From a virus, in IMG/VR virus record IMGVR_UViG_3300006920_000040, positions 6,190-70,189 of that record: a DNA stretch of 64,000 nt, one strand, 5' to 3'. The position numbers and the translations under genes are program-made. The notes below the pieces were generated by a model. The model saw only the letters and a program-made list of their open reading frames with translations. It was not told the origin of the DNA and made no database searches. Shown one piece after another: positions 9,264 through 19,920 of the stretch (positions within the stretch are counted from its first letter, which is position 1; each line of letters begins with the position of its first letter).

Positions 9264-11552
9264 ATGGAACACAAAATCTTTGTAACGAAACGAAACGGCG
9301 AAACCGAAAACTATGATGCGGAGAAAATTAACAAGATCCTAAAGTGGGCTACGGACGGAATTACCGGCGTCAACATAGGTGATGTCGCCATGAAAATGTC
9401 CCTCAATTTAATCGAGGGGATTACCTCAAGTCAGATTCATGATACGGTCGTTGAATCTGCTGCCGACCTAATTTCGGAGAAGACACCCAACTACGCCAAG
9501 GTTGCGGCGAGATTATTCTCGTATAAGCTCCGAAAGGAAGTTTGGGGCGGAAAAAATGCACCGAAACTCTACGATATTATTGAACGAAATACAGAAAAGG
9601 GGTTCTACCACCCCGATATTCTGGAGAATTACACCAAGGGTGAGATTGACAAGATCGATGAGTATATTAACCACACCCGCGATGATTTCTTTGACTATGG
9701 TGGATTGATTCAGATGTCGGAGAAATATCTTGTCCAGAACCGTAAATCGAAAACAATTTTAGAGACTCCACAATTCATGTTTGCACTGATGGGCATGACT
9801 GTTTTCATGACGGAGGGGAAGAAGGATCGGCTCAAGTGGATCAAGAAATTTTACGATAAGACCAGTCAGTTCAAAGTCAATTGGCCAACCCCAATCCTAG
9901 CAGGTGCCAGAACATTAACCAATTCATATTCTTCTTGTTGCCTCATGGATGTGGCGGATACCAAGAACTCACTGTTCGCGGCAAATACTGCGGCAGGTTT
10001 GGTTACTTGTGACCGATATGGTATCGGTGTCAATTTGAGTAAAATTCGACCAATTAATGCCCCCATTAAGAATGGCGATACGTTGCATTCTGGGGTCATT
10101 TCATGGCTTAAGATGTATCAGGACACAATTCACGCTTGCCAACAAGGTGGGGCACGTAGAGGGGCGGGGACGTTCACTTTCAACATCTTCCACCCTGAGA
10201 TCATGACCGTCTTGGAATTGAAGAACAATCAAGGCACTCATGAGAACCGAGTTCCTCACTTGGACTATTCTATTGTAATCTCAAATATATTTTATGAGCG
10301 GCTTATAAAGAAGGAATCCATTTCGTTGTTTGGTTCGCATGTCGCACCAGATCTTTACGAAAAGTTTGGAACACCAGAATTTGACGAGTTATATTTGAAG
10401 TATGAGGCAAGTGATGCCGATAGGGTTGAGGTGTGTTCTCATGAACTTTTCACCAAATTATTCACTGAGCGTCTGGAGACTGGACGAATTTATGTTCTGA
10501 ATGTGGATATCGCTAACGAGACCAGCCCATGGTTGGACACGGTGCAAATGTCAAATTTGTGTCAAGAAATTCTCCAACCCCTTATCCCTGAACGGATTAC
10601 GAATGACCCTGTAGCGGAAATCGGGGTGTGTGTCTTGGCGGCAACGAACATGCTAAAAATTAAAACTGACAATGAACATAAGGAAGTTTGTGAATTGATC
10701 GTGAGGGGACTGAACCATGTCATCGACCGTCAACATTATTCGGTTAAAGCCTGTGAGAATTTCGCTAAAAACAAGAGATCACTAGGCGTGGGTATCACTA
10801 ACCTTGCAGCATGGTTGGCGTCACAAGGTCTTAATCACGATAGCAAAGAAGCCCCACAAGCCATCTCCGACTTCATGGAGAAGCAACAGTATTATCTCAT
10901 GCAATCATCATGTGATTTGGCCAAAGAACAAGGGGCTGCACCAGACTTCCACCGGAGCAAATATCATAAAGGAAGAAACTCCCCGTTGGACCTCTACAAG
11001 AAAACTATGGATACGGTTGTGGAGCCACATAACCTTCCAATCGAAATGTGGGATGACCTCATGAGTGAGATCGCGGAATACGGTATGCGGAATATGACCC
11101 TATCGGCACAGATGCCCGTAGAAAGTTCAAGTGTGATCCAAAACACCACAAACGGGGAAGCGCCCATTGGTTCCAATATTGTCAGGAAAACCTCTAAAGG
11201 TAAAACAGCAATTCAGGTGGTTCCAAGTCTAGCTAAATGGAAAAATATTTATCTCAAGAAGGGTGACATTAAAAACAATAACGGTATTATTAAGACAGGT
11301 GCATCACTTGTGAAATGGCTCGACATGGCAAGTTCGTTTAACTTGTATTATAATTCCACCTTGTTTGAAGACGGCAATATCCCGCTTAGTGTTCTGGTTA
11401 AGGATCACCTTTATGCCACTCACCTCGGGATGCCCACTTTTTACTATTGTAACAGTAAGAAGAAAGCCGATAGCCTAGCTACAGCGGACGTGGAGTCTGT
11501 TGAAGTTATTGAGGAGACCAGCGGATGTGTCGATGGCGCATGCTCCTTGTAA
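9264..11552 (+). CDS. nrdA: Ribonucleotide reductase class Ia alpha subunit
   Basis: N-terminal ATP cone (VTKRNG), PTPILAG, SSCC, SNLCQEI, MPVESSS, C-terminal CxxGAC. Confidence 0.97.
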   Translation: MEHKIFVTKRNGETENYDAEKINKILKWATDGITGVNIGDVAMKMSLNLIEGITSSQIHDTVVESAADLISEKTPNYAKVAARLFSYKLRKEVWGGKNAPKLYDIIERNTEKGFYHPDILENYTKGEIDKIDEYINHTRDDFFDYGGLIQMSEKYLVQNRKSKTILETPQFMFALMGMTVFMTEGKKDRLKWIKKFYDKTSQFKVNWPTPILAGARTLTNSYSSCCLMDVADTKNSLFAANTAAGLVTCDRYGIGVNLSKIRPINAPIKNGDTLHSGVISWLKMYQDTIHACQQGGARRGAGTFTFNIFHPEIMTVLELKNNQGTHENRVPHLDYSIVISNIFYERLIKKESISLFGSHVAPDLYEKFGTPEFDELYLKYEASDADRVEVCSHELFTKLFTERLETGRIYVLNVDIANETSPWLDTVQMSNLCQEILQPLIPERITNDPVAEIGVCVLAATNMLKIKTDNEHKEVCELIVRGLNHVIDRQHYSVKACENFAKNKRSLGVGITNLAAWLASQGLNHDSKEAPQAISDFMEKQQYYLMQSSCDLAKEQGAAPDFHRSKYHKGRNSPLDLYKKTMDTVVEPHNLPIEMWDDLMSEIAEYGMRNMTLSAQMPVESSSVIQNTTNGEAPIGSNIVRKTSKGKTAIQVVPSLAKWKNIYLKKGDIKNNNGIIKTGASLVKWLDMASSFNLYYNSTLFEDGNIPLSVLVKDHLYATHLGMPTFYYCNSKKKADSLATADVESVEVIEETSGCVDGACSL

Positions 11553-11603
11553 AAATAAATGTTGCACATTTACAACTACAATGGTAACTTATCAAGAAGA
11601 ATT

Positions 11604-12656
11604 ATGAAGACAGTATTAAACACTCAAAAAACCGACATCCTCAAGCAACCCATGTTCTTGGGCAATGACTTGGGATTGCAACGATATGATATTATCAAGT
11701 ATCCCGAATTTAAAAAATCCTACGAGGACCAACGGGGGAATTATTGGCAAGCTAATGAGGTCGCCATCTCAAATGACCGAGCCCAATTTGAAGAAATGGG
11801 TGAGATTGAGAAGTGGGTGTTCGTCAACAATCTACAGTTCCAGACTGTAGGTGATTCATGCCTTTCCAGAACGATTGAGACTCTAAAAGACCATGTCTCA
11901 AACTCAGAATTGGAGTTTGCAATGGGGTGGTGGAGTCTAATGGAGATTACCCATTCGGAGTCATACAGCTACATCCTCCAAAACATCGTAAAAGACCCCT
12001 CGGTATTCTTTGATGACATTTATGACAATGAGGCAGTAATGAAGAGAGCTACTCAGTTGTCGGACTCATTTAACAAGCTACTGGTAAACAGTGAAGCTAG
12101 CCCGAAAGAGGAATTATTCAACACGATCCTATCCCTACAAATTGCGGAAGGCATTTTGTTCTATGTTTCATTCGCATGTTCATATTGGTTTGGCTCCAAG
12201 GGTATCATGAAGGGGAATGCCGACATCATCAAGCTCATTAACAGGGATGAGGACACGCATGTCGCCATTACCCAGAACATCATGAAGCGTTGGCGTGAAG
12301 ACCCTTCGGAGGGGTTCAAAGAACTCGTTGAGAGTAAAACTGAGGTGATTTATGATGCATACCGGATGGCGGTTCAACATGAAAAAGATTGGGCTTCTCA
12401 TCTGTTCTCAAAAGGGGAACTCATTGGACTTAATGCTGGTTTGCTGCATGGTTATGTTGAGTGGTTGGCAAACACCCGTTTACGCTCCATGGGGTTTGAT
12501 CAAATCTTCGAAACCAAGAAGAACCCTCTGGGATCTTGGATTAAGGAATACATTAACTCTGATGAATCGGAACCAGCACCTCAAGAGAAGAACATTATTG
12601 ACTACGAGAAAGGTAAGATCAAAAATGACCTTGATGGAATGAGTTTTGACTTTTAG
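11604..12656 (+). CDS. nrdB: Ribonucleotide reductase class Ia beta subunit
   Basis: Diiron ligands in DS, EITHSESY (with radical Tyr), EGILFYVSF and RDEDTH; APQE near the C-terminus. Confidence 0.97.
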   Translation: MKTVLNTQKTDILKQPMFLGNDLGLQRYDIIKYPEFKKSYEDQRGNYWQANEVAISNDRAQFEEMGEIEKWVFVNNLQFQTVGDSCLSRTIETLKDHVSNSELEFAMGWWSLMEITHSESYSYILQNIVKDPSVFFDDIYDNEAVMKRATQLSDSFNKLLVNSEASPKEELFNTILSLQIAEGILFYVSFACSYWFGSKGIMKGNADIIKLINRDEDTHVAITQNIMKRWREDPSEGFKELVESKTEVIYDAYRMAVQHEKDWASHLFSKGELIGLNAGLLHGYVEWLANTRLRSMGFDQIFETKKNPLGSWIKEYINSDESEPAPQEKNIIDYEKGKIKNDLDGMSFDF

Positions 12657-12676
12657 CATTATGAAATTACATTATT

Positions 12677-12931
12677 ATGAAAAGTAATAGGAATCACGCA
12701 CATAGCACCAAAAAGAAGATTAGGGAGTTGGCACAAGAGATACAGAATTATGAAGGATTTGCCAGTAATGAGATCGAAAAGAAACAGTCGCCTTTCCAGA
12801 AAGACTGGGTTGACTTCTTAATCAAAGAAGGAATTGACCCCAATGACCCATGGGGTTATGATGAGTGGTATGAGGCGGGATGTTTGAAATTAGAGGGACT
12901 TTGGGAGGAGCATGTTGTTGGATATGAATAA
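12677..12931 (+). CDS. Hypothetical protein
   Basis: 84 aa ORF in a tightly packed run of small genes. Confidence 0.6.
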   Translation: MKSNRNHAHSTKKKIRELAQEIQNYEGFASNEIEKKQSPFQKDWVDFLIKEGIDPNDPWGYDEWYEAGCLKLEGLWEEHVVGYE

Positions 12932-13103
12932 AGCAAAACTTGAAAAGGAGATACGTGAAATGGTTGATGATTATCAGGAGGAATTACTCATGACGACTTG
13001 GGATAAATTCATATTCGATTGCCACTTCACGCCAGACGAAGAACAAAAAGACATAGAGGGTGTTATTGGCACTGGACTTTGGAGCAAATATGCGGTAAAC
13101 TGA
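12924..13103 (+). CDS. Hypothetical protein
   Basis: MNKAKLEK start overlaps the previous stop. Confidence 0.55.
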   Translation: MNKAKLEKEIREMVDDYQEELLMTTWDKFIFDCHFTPDEEQKDIEGVIGTGLWSKYAVN

Positions 13104-13108
13104 ATCCG

Positions 13109-13354
13109 ATGAAAGTAAAAAACGTAACGAAACCAAAGTATGTCACCTTCCTTGAAGAAGGTAACCTCGATAATAAATTCGGTGTCTTATTAGACGCATT
13201 TGGACCACTCCCTAGAGTTGGTGAAGGGTTTCAGTTTGAGACAGAAAATGAGGATGGTGTTGATTGGGTAACCGCCATCATCGGCACGGTCATCGAAGTC
13301 ATTCATAATTTCGCTTCAGATTCTATACTGATCGAATATAGAGAACTGAGTTAA
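13109..13354 (+). CDS. Hypothetical protein
   Basis: MKVKNV start follows the previous stop. Confidence 0.55.
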   Translation: MKVKNVTKPKYVTFLEEGNLDNKFGVLLDAFGPLPRVGEGFQFETENEDGVDWVTAIIGTVIEVIHNFASDSILIEYRELS

Positions 13355-13359
13355 ATAAC

Positions 13360-13812
13360 ATGACACCCGAAGAAAAAATTACGACAAATCTCAATGATAT
13401 CTTCCCTGATTATTTAATCACATGGGTTTGTTGTGGTGAAAAACATCATGACTTCTCGGTCAGGGGACGGATTTTGATTGACGGGGTGAGTGTGGGGGGT
13501 GACTATATTTTGGATTGCCAACATGGTCTCACCACTGATCACATCTTGTTGTTACAAGAGGATGTCCAGAACTGGATTGACAGAAACCCCAAACAAACTC
13601 CACTGGAAGAAGCACTTCAGGATACTTGGAATGACTTTGTGAATGACACCGGAAACTACCCCGATTGCGTATCTGGAGATGGAGATGGTCATATCGTAGG
13701 GGCATTTACCGGATCTCAGTTTGTTCAGAACGTGGAGTCTCTTCTGGAATCTCGCGGATATGGCGTCCAAAGGGTCCTAGGGGCGAAGTATCTTTCTTTT
13801 GAAAATGAATAA
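13360..13812 (+). CDS. Hypothetical protein
   Basis: 150 aa ORF in an operon-like run. Confidence 0.6.
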   Translation: MTPEEKITTNLNDIFPDYLITWVCCGEKHHDFSVRGRILIDGVSVGGDYILDCQHGLTTDHILLLQEDVQNWIDRNPKQTPLEEALQDTWNDFVNDTGNYPDCVSGDGDGHIVGAFTGSQFVQNVESLLESRGYGVQRVLGAKYLSFENE

Positions 13813-14137
13813 CATTGAAAATCTCACCAAAAACCTAAAGGAGTTGTTTCCAGAACGACAGATCGAACTCCAGAAATACGGAGAAGAGGATTGGTGTCCC
13901 CGATTCGGAATTATGGTTAATGGTAAACCGACGACCATCTGCTTTTCTTTAGAAATATTTGACGATATTAGTTATGAGCGAAATGTGCGAGAAAAGGGTG
14001 ATGGTGATGTCCTAAACATACAAAACTTAGCAATCCCCATTTCGATTAAAGATAACGACCAAACCCTAAACGATATCACCCAGACATTAGATACCCTAAT
14101 CAAAGAATGGTTATATTTTGAAAATGAAACCAGTTAA
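13805..14137 (+). CDS. Hypothetical protein
   Basis: ORF overlapping its neighbours. Confidence 0.6.
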   Translation: MNNIENLTKNLKELFPERQIELQKYGEEDWCPRFGIMVNGKPTTICFSLEIFDDISYERNVREKGDGDVLNIQNLAIPISIKDNDQTLNDITQTLDTLIKEWLYFENETS

Positions 14138-14339
14138 ATTAAAATATAACCACCAATTTAAAGTTGGTGATAAGGTGAGAGACCTTTGGTACTCCGAGTG
14201 GGGCGTGGGTGTGGTTGAAGAGGTTCTTAAAACAAGAATTCGGGTGAGTGGGTTCACCTGCTATGAAGATGGGTATGGGCGTGTTGTGCCATATACGACA
14301 TATGACAGTGGTCACTATCAGTTTTTGACTTTGGTATAA
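14124..14339 (+). CDS. Small SH3/Tudor-like protein
   Basis: FKVGDKVRD...WGVGVV pattern. Confidence 0.55.
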   Translation: MKPVKLKYNHQFKVGDKVRDLWYSEWGVGVVEEVLKTRIRVSGFTCYEDGYGRVVPYTTYDSGHYQFLTLV

Positions 14340-14719
14340 TGAAACTAATCATTGCGGGTGGGCGTGACCATATCCTCACTGAGGACGAATACAGCCTCCT
14401 AGACGAGCTTTTGGGGGATTTCGGTATCACTGAGGTGGTTTCCGGTAAAGCTCGTGGTGTGGACACCTGTGGCGAAATATGGGCGGAACTTAATAACATT
14501 AAAGTTGAGCATTTCCTAGCCGAATGGGCGAAATATGGGAAGAGTGCGGGAAATCTGAGAAATACCCAGATGGCATTATATGGAGACGCACTAGCTATTT
14601 TCAGTGGCGGTTCGGGTTCTGCGGATATGTTAAAACAGGCTAAACAAAAAGATCTTGTTATTTTTGACTTCAGGGAACCGGAAGAATCTTTTGAGGATGT
14701 TTTCGGAATTAATTCTTGA
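14339..14719 (+). CDS. SLOG-family (YspA/DUF2493-like) protein
   Basis: MKLIIAGGRD, VVSGKARGVD, WAKYGKSAGNLRNTQMA. Confidence 0.85.
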   Translation: MKLIIAGGRDHILTEDEYSLLDELLGDFGITEVVSGKARGVDTCGEIWAELNNIKVEHFLAEWAKYGKSAGNLRNTQMALYGDALAIFSGGSGSADMLKQAKQKDLVIFDFREPEESFEDVFGINS

Positions 14720-14743
14720 CTCAACCCACGAATCAACTATCAT
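14716..14743 (+). promoter_or_regulatory. sigma70-type early promoter
   Basis: TTGACT-16-TATCAT, 6 nt before ATG 14750. Confidence 0.6.
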
Positions 14744-14749
14744 ACCGAT

Positions 14750-15457
14750 ATGAGCACCAGAATAGAACAAATAGAAAAGGACTTTTCTGACCAATTGGCG
14801 GCAGTCTCAGATGAGGAACTTTTGGAGTTTTTCGAAGCTAGGGGTGTTAACATTACCATTAATAAGAATCCCGATAGTGTTGAGCACCATTTGTCAGCAA
14901 TTGAGGAGGCAGGTTACTCGAGTGGACAACCGCAAAATCATAAATTTATGAAACGGGCATTAACCGAAAAACAATACAAGGCACTCAAAGAAACTGGGGA
15001 TGAATTCCCGTCATTCGTAACTAACGAAGAAATTACGTTTTGGGAGAATAAATGGAAATTCGCATTCGACGAATACCCGAATGCGAAAACACTCGGGGAG
15101 TTCTTTGATTATTGTGAGAACTTTAATCATGATCTAAACGACATGCCTTCTGATTGGCCGGAAAACGCCACATTTATGGCGAACGAACACACTGAGAAAA
15201 CACCATTTAAGGTGGGTGATTACACGTTCAGATGGGTAGATATGCAGGGTGACGGTGACGAATACTGGTTTGTGTTTAGCGTAGAAGGAGCACCCATAAC
15301 ATTCTCTAAATCAACCGTAATGCGACCTGTCAAAACATTCTGGAAATGGTCGGGTTATTATTCGTCATATCAAGGTGGGTCTTTAGATACGCTATACCAA
15401 GTTACTCCTAGGGAAAAGACGATCACGGTATTTGACAGAGTTAAAAGGTGTGATTAA
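14750..15457 (+). CDS. Hypothetical protein
   Basis: 235 aa; C-terminal GYYSSYQG...VTPREKTITVF motif common in large phages. Confidence 0.65.
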   Translation: MSTRIEQIEKDFSDQLAAVSDEELLEFFEARGVNITINKNPDSVEHHLSAIEEAGYSSGQPQNHKFMKRALTEKQYKALKETGDEFPSFVTNEEITFWENKWKFAFDEYPNAKTLGEFFDYCENFNHDLNDMPSDWPENATFMANEHTEKTPFKVGDYTFRWVDMQGDGDEYWFVFSVEGAPITFSKSTVMRPVKTFWKWSGYYSSYQGGSLDTLYQVTPREKTITVFDRVKRCD

Positions 15458-15621
15458 GGTAATGAGTGAAATAATTAACGGCCCATATGGTGATTTTAAT
15501 GATTGGAAGCGCACCTGTGACACCCTCCAGCGAGATCACCGTTATCTTGGTGGTGATAATCGGTGGAGGGTGTATTCGGCCAAAGTAGCTAATTCCTCAT
15601 GGAAACATTCGTTCCGTTAGA

Positions 15622-16518
15622 CTAATCTAGTGATGCGACAATTGCATCGGCTAGTGCCAGTGCCTCTTTGTCATATTTGTCATCGAATTTATCATATTCA
15701 CTTACATTTGATGCGAAGAATGGTTCCCAGACGCCGGTAGGGCATTTCGGTGCCCTACAAAAACCACCACCACGACCACCACTGGACAGTAATTTGATAC
15801 CATTGTTATGACGAACTGTAACATCTGGGTAGTGTTCATGGAACTTCTTAATGAAAGGTTCAAATACTTTGCCAGACTCTTTGGAAACCACCAACATCTC
15901 CATACCATGAGCGGAAGGTGTGGCTGAATTAAAATGGACTTCCACAGCCAAAGTTGCACCAAAAGAATTAATATCCTTTCCATGTTGTCTCATTGCGGAG
16001 CCATAGGATAAGGATTTTTTTCGGTAAAACACTTTAGTGGTAATCCCACGTTCTTGGAGAATTTTAGCTGCCCGTGTGGTCACTTCATTTCGGGTTGTCC
16101 ACTCATCATCACCCTTGTGTGATCTAGCACCGGTAAATTTATTATGACCAACCGCCAGAGCTACTTTTTTATCCCCATATTTTGAGAAATCGTCAGGATT
16201 GGGCTCGAACACTTTGGGTTCCTCCTCATGCACGACACCAACGCTTGGGGATTGATCCAAGTCCATATGAGTCTCTTCATCACACCTGAGTTCCGTCAAT
16301 AAATCGTTACAGTCCGCTTTATATTCTACGACACCCCATTTTGCATCGCAACACCACCGAAGCGACCATAATGCAGAGAGATCCTCCAACACATTGGTTT
16401 TCCTCAATGCAGTCGATATGAGCGCGGTCACCTCTGCTTGGGTATCTGTTGAATTCCAATTCTCCAAGACTAGGACGTGAATCGCGGTCAAAATTTCTTT
16501 ATATGTGGCATTCTTCAT
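15622..16518 (-). CDS. N-acetylmuramoyl-L-alanine amidase (Amidase_3), probable endolysin
   Basis: Zn-amidase motifs ALAVGH...E, VEVHFNS, WEPFFASN. Start at 16518 with TAAATA 5 nt upstream. Confidence 0.85.
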   Translation of the reverse strand: MKNATYKEILTAIHVLVLENWNSTDTQAEVTALISTALRKTNVLEDLSALWSLRWCCDAKWGVVEYKADCNDLLTELRCDEETHMDLDQSPSVGVVHEEEPKVFEPNPDDFSKYGDKKVALAVGHNKFTGARSHKGDDEWTTRNEVTTRAAKILQERGITTKVFYRKKSLSYGSAMRQHGKDINSFGATLAVEVHFNSATPSAHGMEMLVVSKESGKVFEPFIKKFHEHYPDVTVRHNNGIKLLSSGGRGGGFCRAPKCPTGVWEPFFASNVSEYDKFDDKYDKEALALADAIVASLD

Positions 16519-16529
16519 AAATTTATTTA

Positions 16530-16557
16530 TTGACATCTCCCGATTTTTGTATATATT
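16530..16557 (+). promoter_or_regulatory. sigma70-type promoter for the ligase, back-to-back with the amidase late box
   Basis: TTGACA-16-TATATT, 7 nt before ATG 16565. Confidence 0.6.
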
Positions 16558-16564
16558 GGACTCG

Positions 16565-18016
16565 ATGAAAGCAGTTTACGATATTCTAAAGAAAATGGAG
16601 TCAATCCCAGGAACCAACGATAAGTTGGATGTTCTCCGAGAAAACAAAGATAACGTCGAACTCCAAACGGTGTTCTTTTTGGCATATAACCCGAAATTTA
16701 AATATTTCATGACATCGAAGACGTTCCCCGAAATCGAGAATTACGGAGTCCCTCGATGCACCATGGTGACTTTGGAGAAAATCTGTAGAAAACTCCACTC
16801 TAGAGAAATTACAGGAAATGCGGCTAGAGATGCCGTCCGAACGTGGTCCGAGACATTTTCCGAGGAATCCGCCATTATCCTCAAGAGAATCATTTTGGGT
16901 GACCTAAAGGTGGGGGTGTCGGCAAAGGGTGCAAACAAGGTCTGGAATGGTCTCATCCTCGAAAAGCTTTATATGCGCTGTTCCGGTCTGGAGAAGCTTA
17001 AAAACATCACTTACCCTGCGGTTGCCCAAACTAAGGCGGATGGGATCTTTTGTAATATTGTTGTGGAAAATGGGGAAGTTAGCTTCCTTACGAGAAGTAA
17101 CACTCTCCTTGAACTGGAGAGTTGGGGACAAAAATTCAAACTACTAAATGTGGATAACGTGGTATATCATGGTGAAATAACTATCCTTGGTGAAGATGGA
17201 GAGATTCTTGATAGGAAAACGGGGAATGGCTTGCTCAATAAGATTGGAAAGCGCAATCAAACCCAAGAGAGTTTCGAGGCAAAACTAGAGACTGCAACCG
17301 GAAAGAAATTGGTCCAGTTGACAGCCAAACATAAAATTCATTTGGCGGAACTTGAGGAGATCGAGTCAAACTGCATCATTGACTTGTGGGACATGGTTGA
17401 TTTGGATGGGTGGATGAAAGGTAAAGACGAAACACCCTATAAGGTGAGATTCACTAACCTCCAAAATACACTATCCTCACCAGCAAATGTAGACCTTGAA
17501 GCCATTGACACCCGAACTGTAAATTCAGAAGAGGAGGCTTTCGCGTTCTACGAGGAACAACTAGCGAATGGAAAAGAAGGATCTGTTTTGAAGAACGAAA
17601 ATTCACCTTGGAAAAACGGAACCTCCACTCAACAGATTAAATTCAAAGAGATCAAGGATTGTGATCTTAGAGTTGTTCGCCATTATATGGGCGAGAAGGG
17701 TTCCGAGATCGAAATGGGTATTGGTGGACTTGAACTGATTTCATCGTGCGGTAAATTGAAGGTTAATGTTGGATCAGGGTTATCTCGAAAAGAGCGGGGG
17801 TTGGAGTTGATCAACCCCAATGATTCCAGCAGTGGCTTGAAAGTAATCGACGGGTTTGTCTTCAACCAATATGATGATAAAATTGTAGCAACGAAGTTTA
17901 ACGAACTGGTAGATTCGGAATCGAAAGAAACTAAGTCGTTGTTTCTCCCACGGATTGTTGAGATCCGAGATGATAAAACTGAGGCAGATAGCTTGGCACA
18001 CATTGAAACACTTTAA
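16565..18016 (+). CDS. ATP-dependent DNA ligase (T4 gp30-like)
   Basis: KADG active site, EGSVLKN, VNVGSG, SLFLPR...RDDK. Confidence 0.95.
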   Translation: MKAVYDILKKMESIPGTNDKLDVLRENKDNVELQTVFFLAYNPKFKYFMTSKTFPEIENYGVPRCTMVTLEKICRKLHSREITGNAARDAVRTWSETFSEESAIILKRIILGDLKVGVSAKGANKVWNGLILEKLYMRCSGLEKLKNITYPAVAQTKADGIFCNIVVENGEVSFLTRSNTLLELESWGQKFKLLNVDNVVYHGEITILGEDGEILDRKTGNGLLNKIGKRNQTQESFEAKLETATGKKLVQLTAKHKIHLAELEEIESNCIIDLWDMVDLDGWMKGKDETPYKVRFTNLQNTLSSPANVDLEAIDTRTVNSEEEAFAFYEEQLANGKEGSVLKNENSPWKNGTSTQQIKFKEIKDCDLRVVRHYMGEKGSEIEMGIGGLELISSCGKLKVNVGSGLSRKERGLELINPNDSSSGLKVIDGFVFNQYDDKIVATKFNELVDSESKETKSLFLPRIVEIRDDKTEADSLAHIETL

Positions 18017-18017
18017 T

Positions 18018-18842
18018 ATGAAACTACTATATCAAAAACAAATCTGGAATGAGTATGGCTACTCGGAATTTATCGACACTTTGAGAAACCAATTCGAGTG
18101 TGTTGAATGTGAAGTGATTCCTTTCACAGAAGAGTTAGTAGCGCCTATTGATTTTATTCCAGACTTAGTTCTGGGGTCGGGTCGTTTGGTTGACATCGCC
18201 AGAAATAATAATTGGCCTACGTATAGATCATTCGATCCATCCGAAACCGAAGATATCAAAAAGAAACACTTCTTAAATTGTGGTGGTGGATACTTCAAGT
18301 TAACCGAAGTTGACATGATGCGCGAAGTGATTGGTAGTCGATTCGTATTTGTAAAGCCGTGCATTGAAAAAATGTTTACAGGTTGTGTGATTGATTTAGA
18401 TAAACCAATTGAAGACCAAGTTCAGTTCTCGACTAGTGACGTTGACGACCCGATGGAGGAATTGGTTCTCGCGGCACCAATTCGGGAGATAAAACAAGAG
18501 TATAGAATATTCGTTGTTCGCGGCGAAATCATCACAGGTTCCCTCTATAAAGATAACGGGGTCGCTCGCTACGAACTTTTGGATGGTGTGTTTAAAGGCT
18601 CCGACGTTTATGAATTCATCCGACATATCTCGACTATTAAGAAAGGTAAAAATCTCCTCAGGAATTTTACCGGATCTTTCGATGTCGCTCGCGTAGACGA
18701 TGGATACATGAAGATTATCGAATTTAACAATCTAAATTCGGCGGGAGTGTATGCTTCGGATTATCAGAAACTCACAGAGGCCCTTCATGATGACATCCTT
18801 CTCGGATTGGGTGCTAATTTGGATTCCACAATGTTTCCTTAA
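18018..18842 (+). CDS. ATP-grasp protein (R2K/DUF4343-like)
   Basis: FVKPC..KMFTG, EYRIFVV.G.IITGSLY, FDVA, IIEFNNLNSAGVY. Confidence 0.8.
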   Translation: MKLLYQKQIWNEYGYSEFIDTLRNQFECVECEVIPFTEELVAPIDFIPDLVLGSGRLVDIARNNNWPTYRSFDPSETEDIKKKHFLNCGGGYFKLTEVDMMREVIGSRFVFVKPCIEKMFTGCVIDLDKPIEDQVQFSTSDVDDPMEELVLAAPIREIKQEYRIFVVRGEIITGSLYKDNGVARYELLDGVFKGSDVYEFIRHISTIKKGKNLLRNFTGSFDVARVDDGYMKIIEFNNLNSAGVYASDYQKLTEALHDDILLGLGANLDSTMFP

Positions 18843-18852
18843 ATTCCAAAAT

Positions 18853-19764
18853 ATGAAAAAAATACTAGTAACAGGTAGCTCGGGATTCATCGGATCTCAC
18901 TTGGTGAAGAAATTGAGAGAGCAGGGTCATTTCGTGGAGGGATATGATTATACATATAACGACCAATGGTATGATTATAATGTGTCAAATGGACCAAATG
19001 AGACCAGCAACATACTCAATATTGGCCCCACTTTCCTTGACGAAACCGATGAACACTTTGATGTAATTTTCCACCTAGCTGCATATGTTAGTGCGAGTAA
19101 GTCTATAGAATACCCTTGGATTTGTAACCTTTACAATATTGGTGGGACTAACAATGTAGCCCAACTTGCGAGTGACAAGAGTCGAATGGTATTTGCTTCC
19201 TCTGCGGCAGTATATGGTGATCAGACCAAGTGGGTTGATGGGTTGAGACAACGTAGTGGCTTTTCGGAGGAAGAAGTCTCATTGCTAGGGGATTTAAAAA
19301 CACCCTATGCAAAATCTAAACTCATGGGTGAGGAAATCGTCAAAGATACCTGTAGCAATTATGCCAATCTTCGGTTCTTCAATGTTTATGGGAAGGGACA
19401 AAATCCTGCCTATGGTGCCGTCATCCAGTCATTCATTGATGACTATAAATCACGTAGAGCTTCGACTATATTCGGTGATGGTCAACAAACCCGTGATTTC
19501 GTTCATGTTGATGATGTGGTTGATGCTTTAATTCTCGCAGGAGACTCTACGGAGAACTTTACGGCAAATGTGGGGACTGGCGTAGGAACGACTGTCGAGA
19601 AGCTATGTGGCATGATCTCAAGGGACCATGAGTATATTAAATATGAACCCGCTAGAGGTGGTGACCCAGTTTATTCGGTTGCCGACAATAAAAAGCTTGT
19701 GGATATGGGTTGGTCTGCTAAAGTGGATCTGAAGACAGCACTGGATAGAATGAAATTATGTTAG
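18853..19764 (+). CDS. NAD-dependent epimerase/dehydratase (GalE-like)
   Basis: GSSGFIG, ASSAAVYG, YAKSK, LRFFNVYG, TRDFVHV. Confidence 0.92.
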   Translation: MKKILVTGSSGFIGSHLVKKLREQGHFVEGYDYTYNDQWYDYNVSNGPNETSNILNIGPTFLDETDEHFDVIFHLAAYVSASKSIEYPWICNLYNIGGTNNVAQLASDKSRMVFASSAAVYGDQTKWVDGLRQRSGFSEEEVSLLGDLKTPYAKSKLMGEEIVKDTCSNYANLRFFNVYGKGQNPAYGAVIQSFIDDYKSRRASTIFGDGQQTRDFVHVDDVVDALILAGDSTENFTANVGTGVGTTVEKLCGMISRDHEYIKYEPARGGDPVYSVADNKKLVDMGWSAKVDLKTALDRMKLC

Positions 19765-19920
19765 ACACACTGAAAACAACAACAATCCGAACTTACGGTA
19801 ATCTCTGCAAAAGACTCAAAATCAATGCTTGGCAAAGCCAAGTTTTTATGGACAACTCCATTGTAATCATGGATAAGTTGGAAGAACGAATCGCTAAACT
19901 GGAGAAGAAATTGAAAAGAT

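Noticed and set aside
9264-12656. Intron or intein in nrdA/nrdB
   Set aside because: Both have normal length and contiguous motifs.
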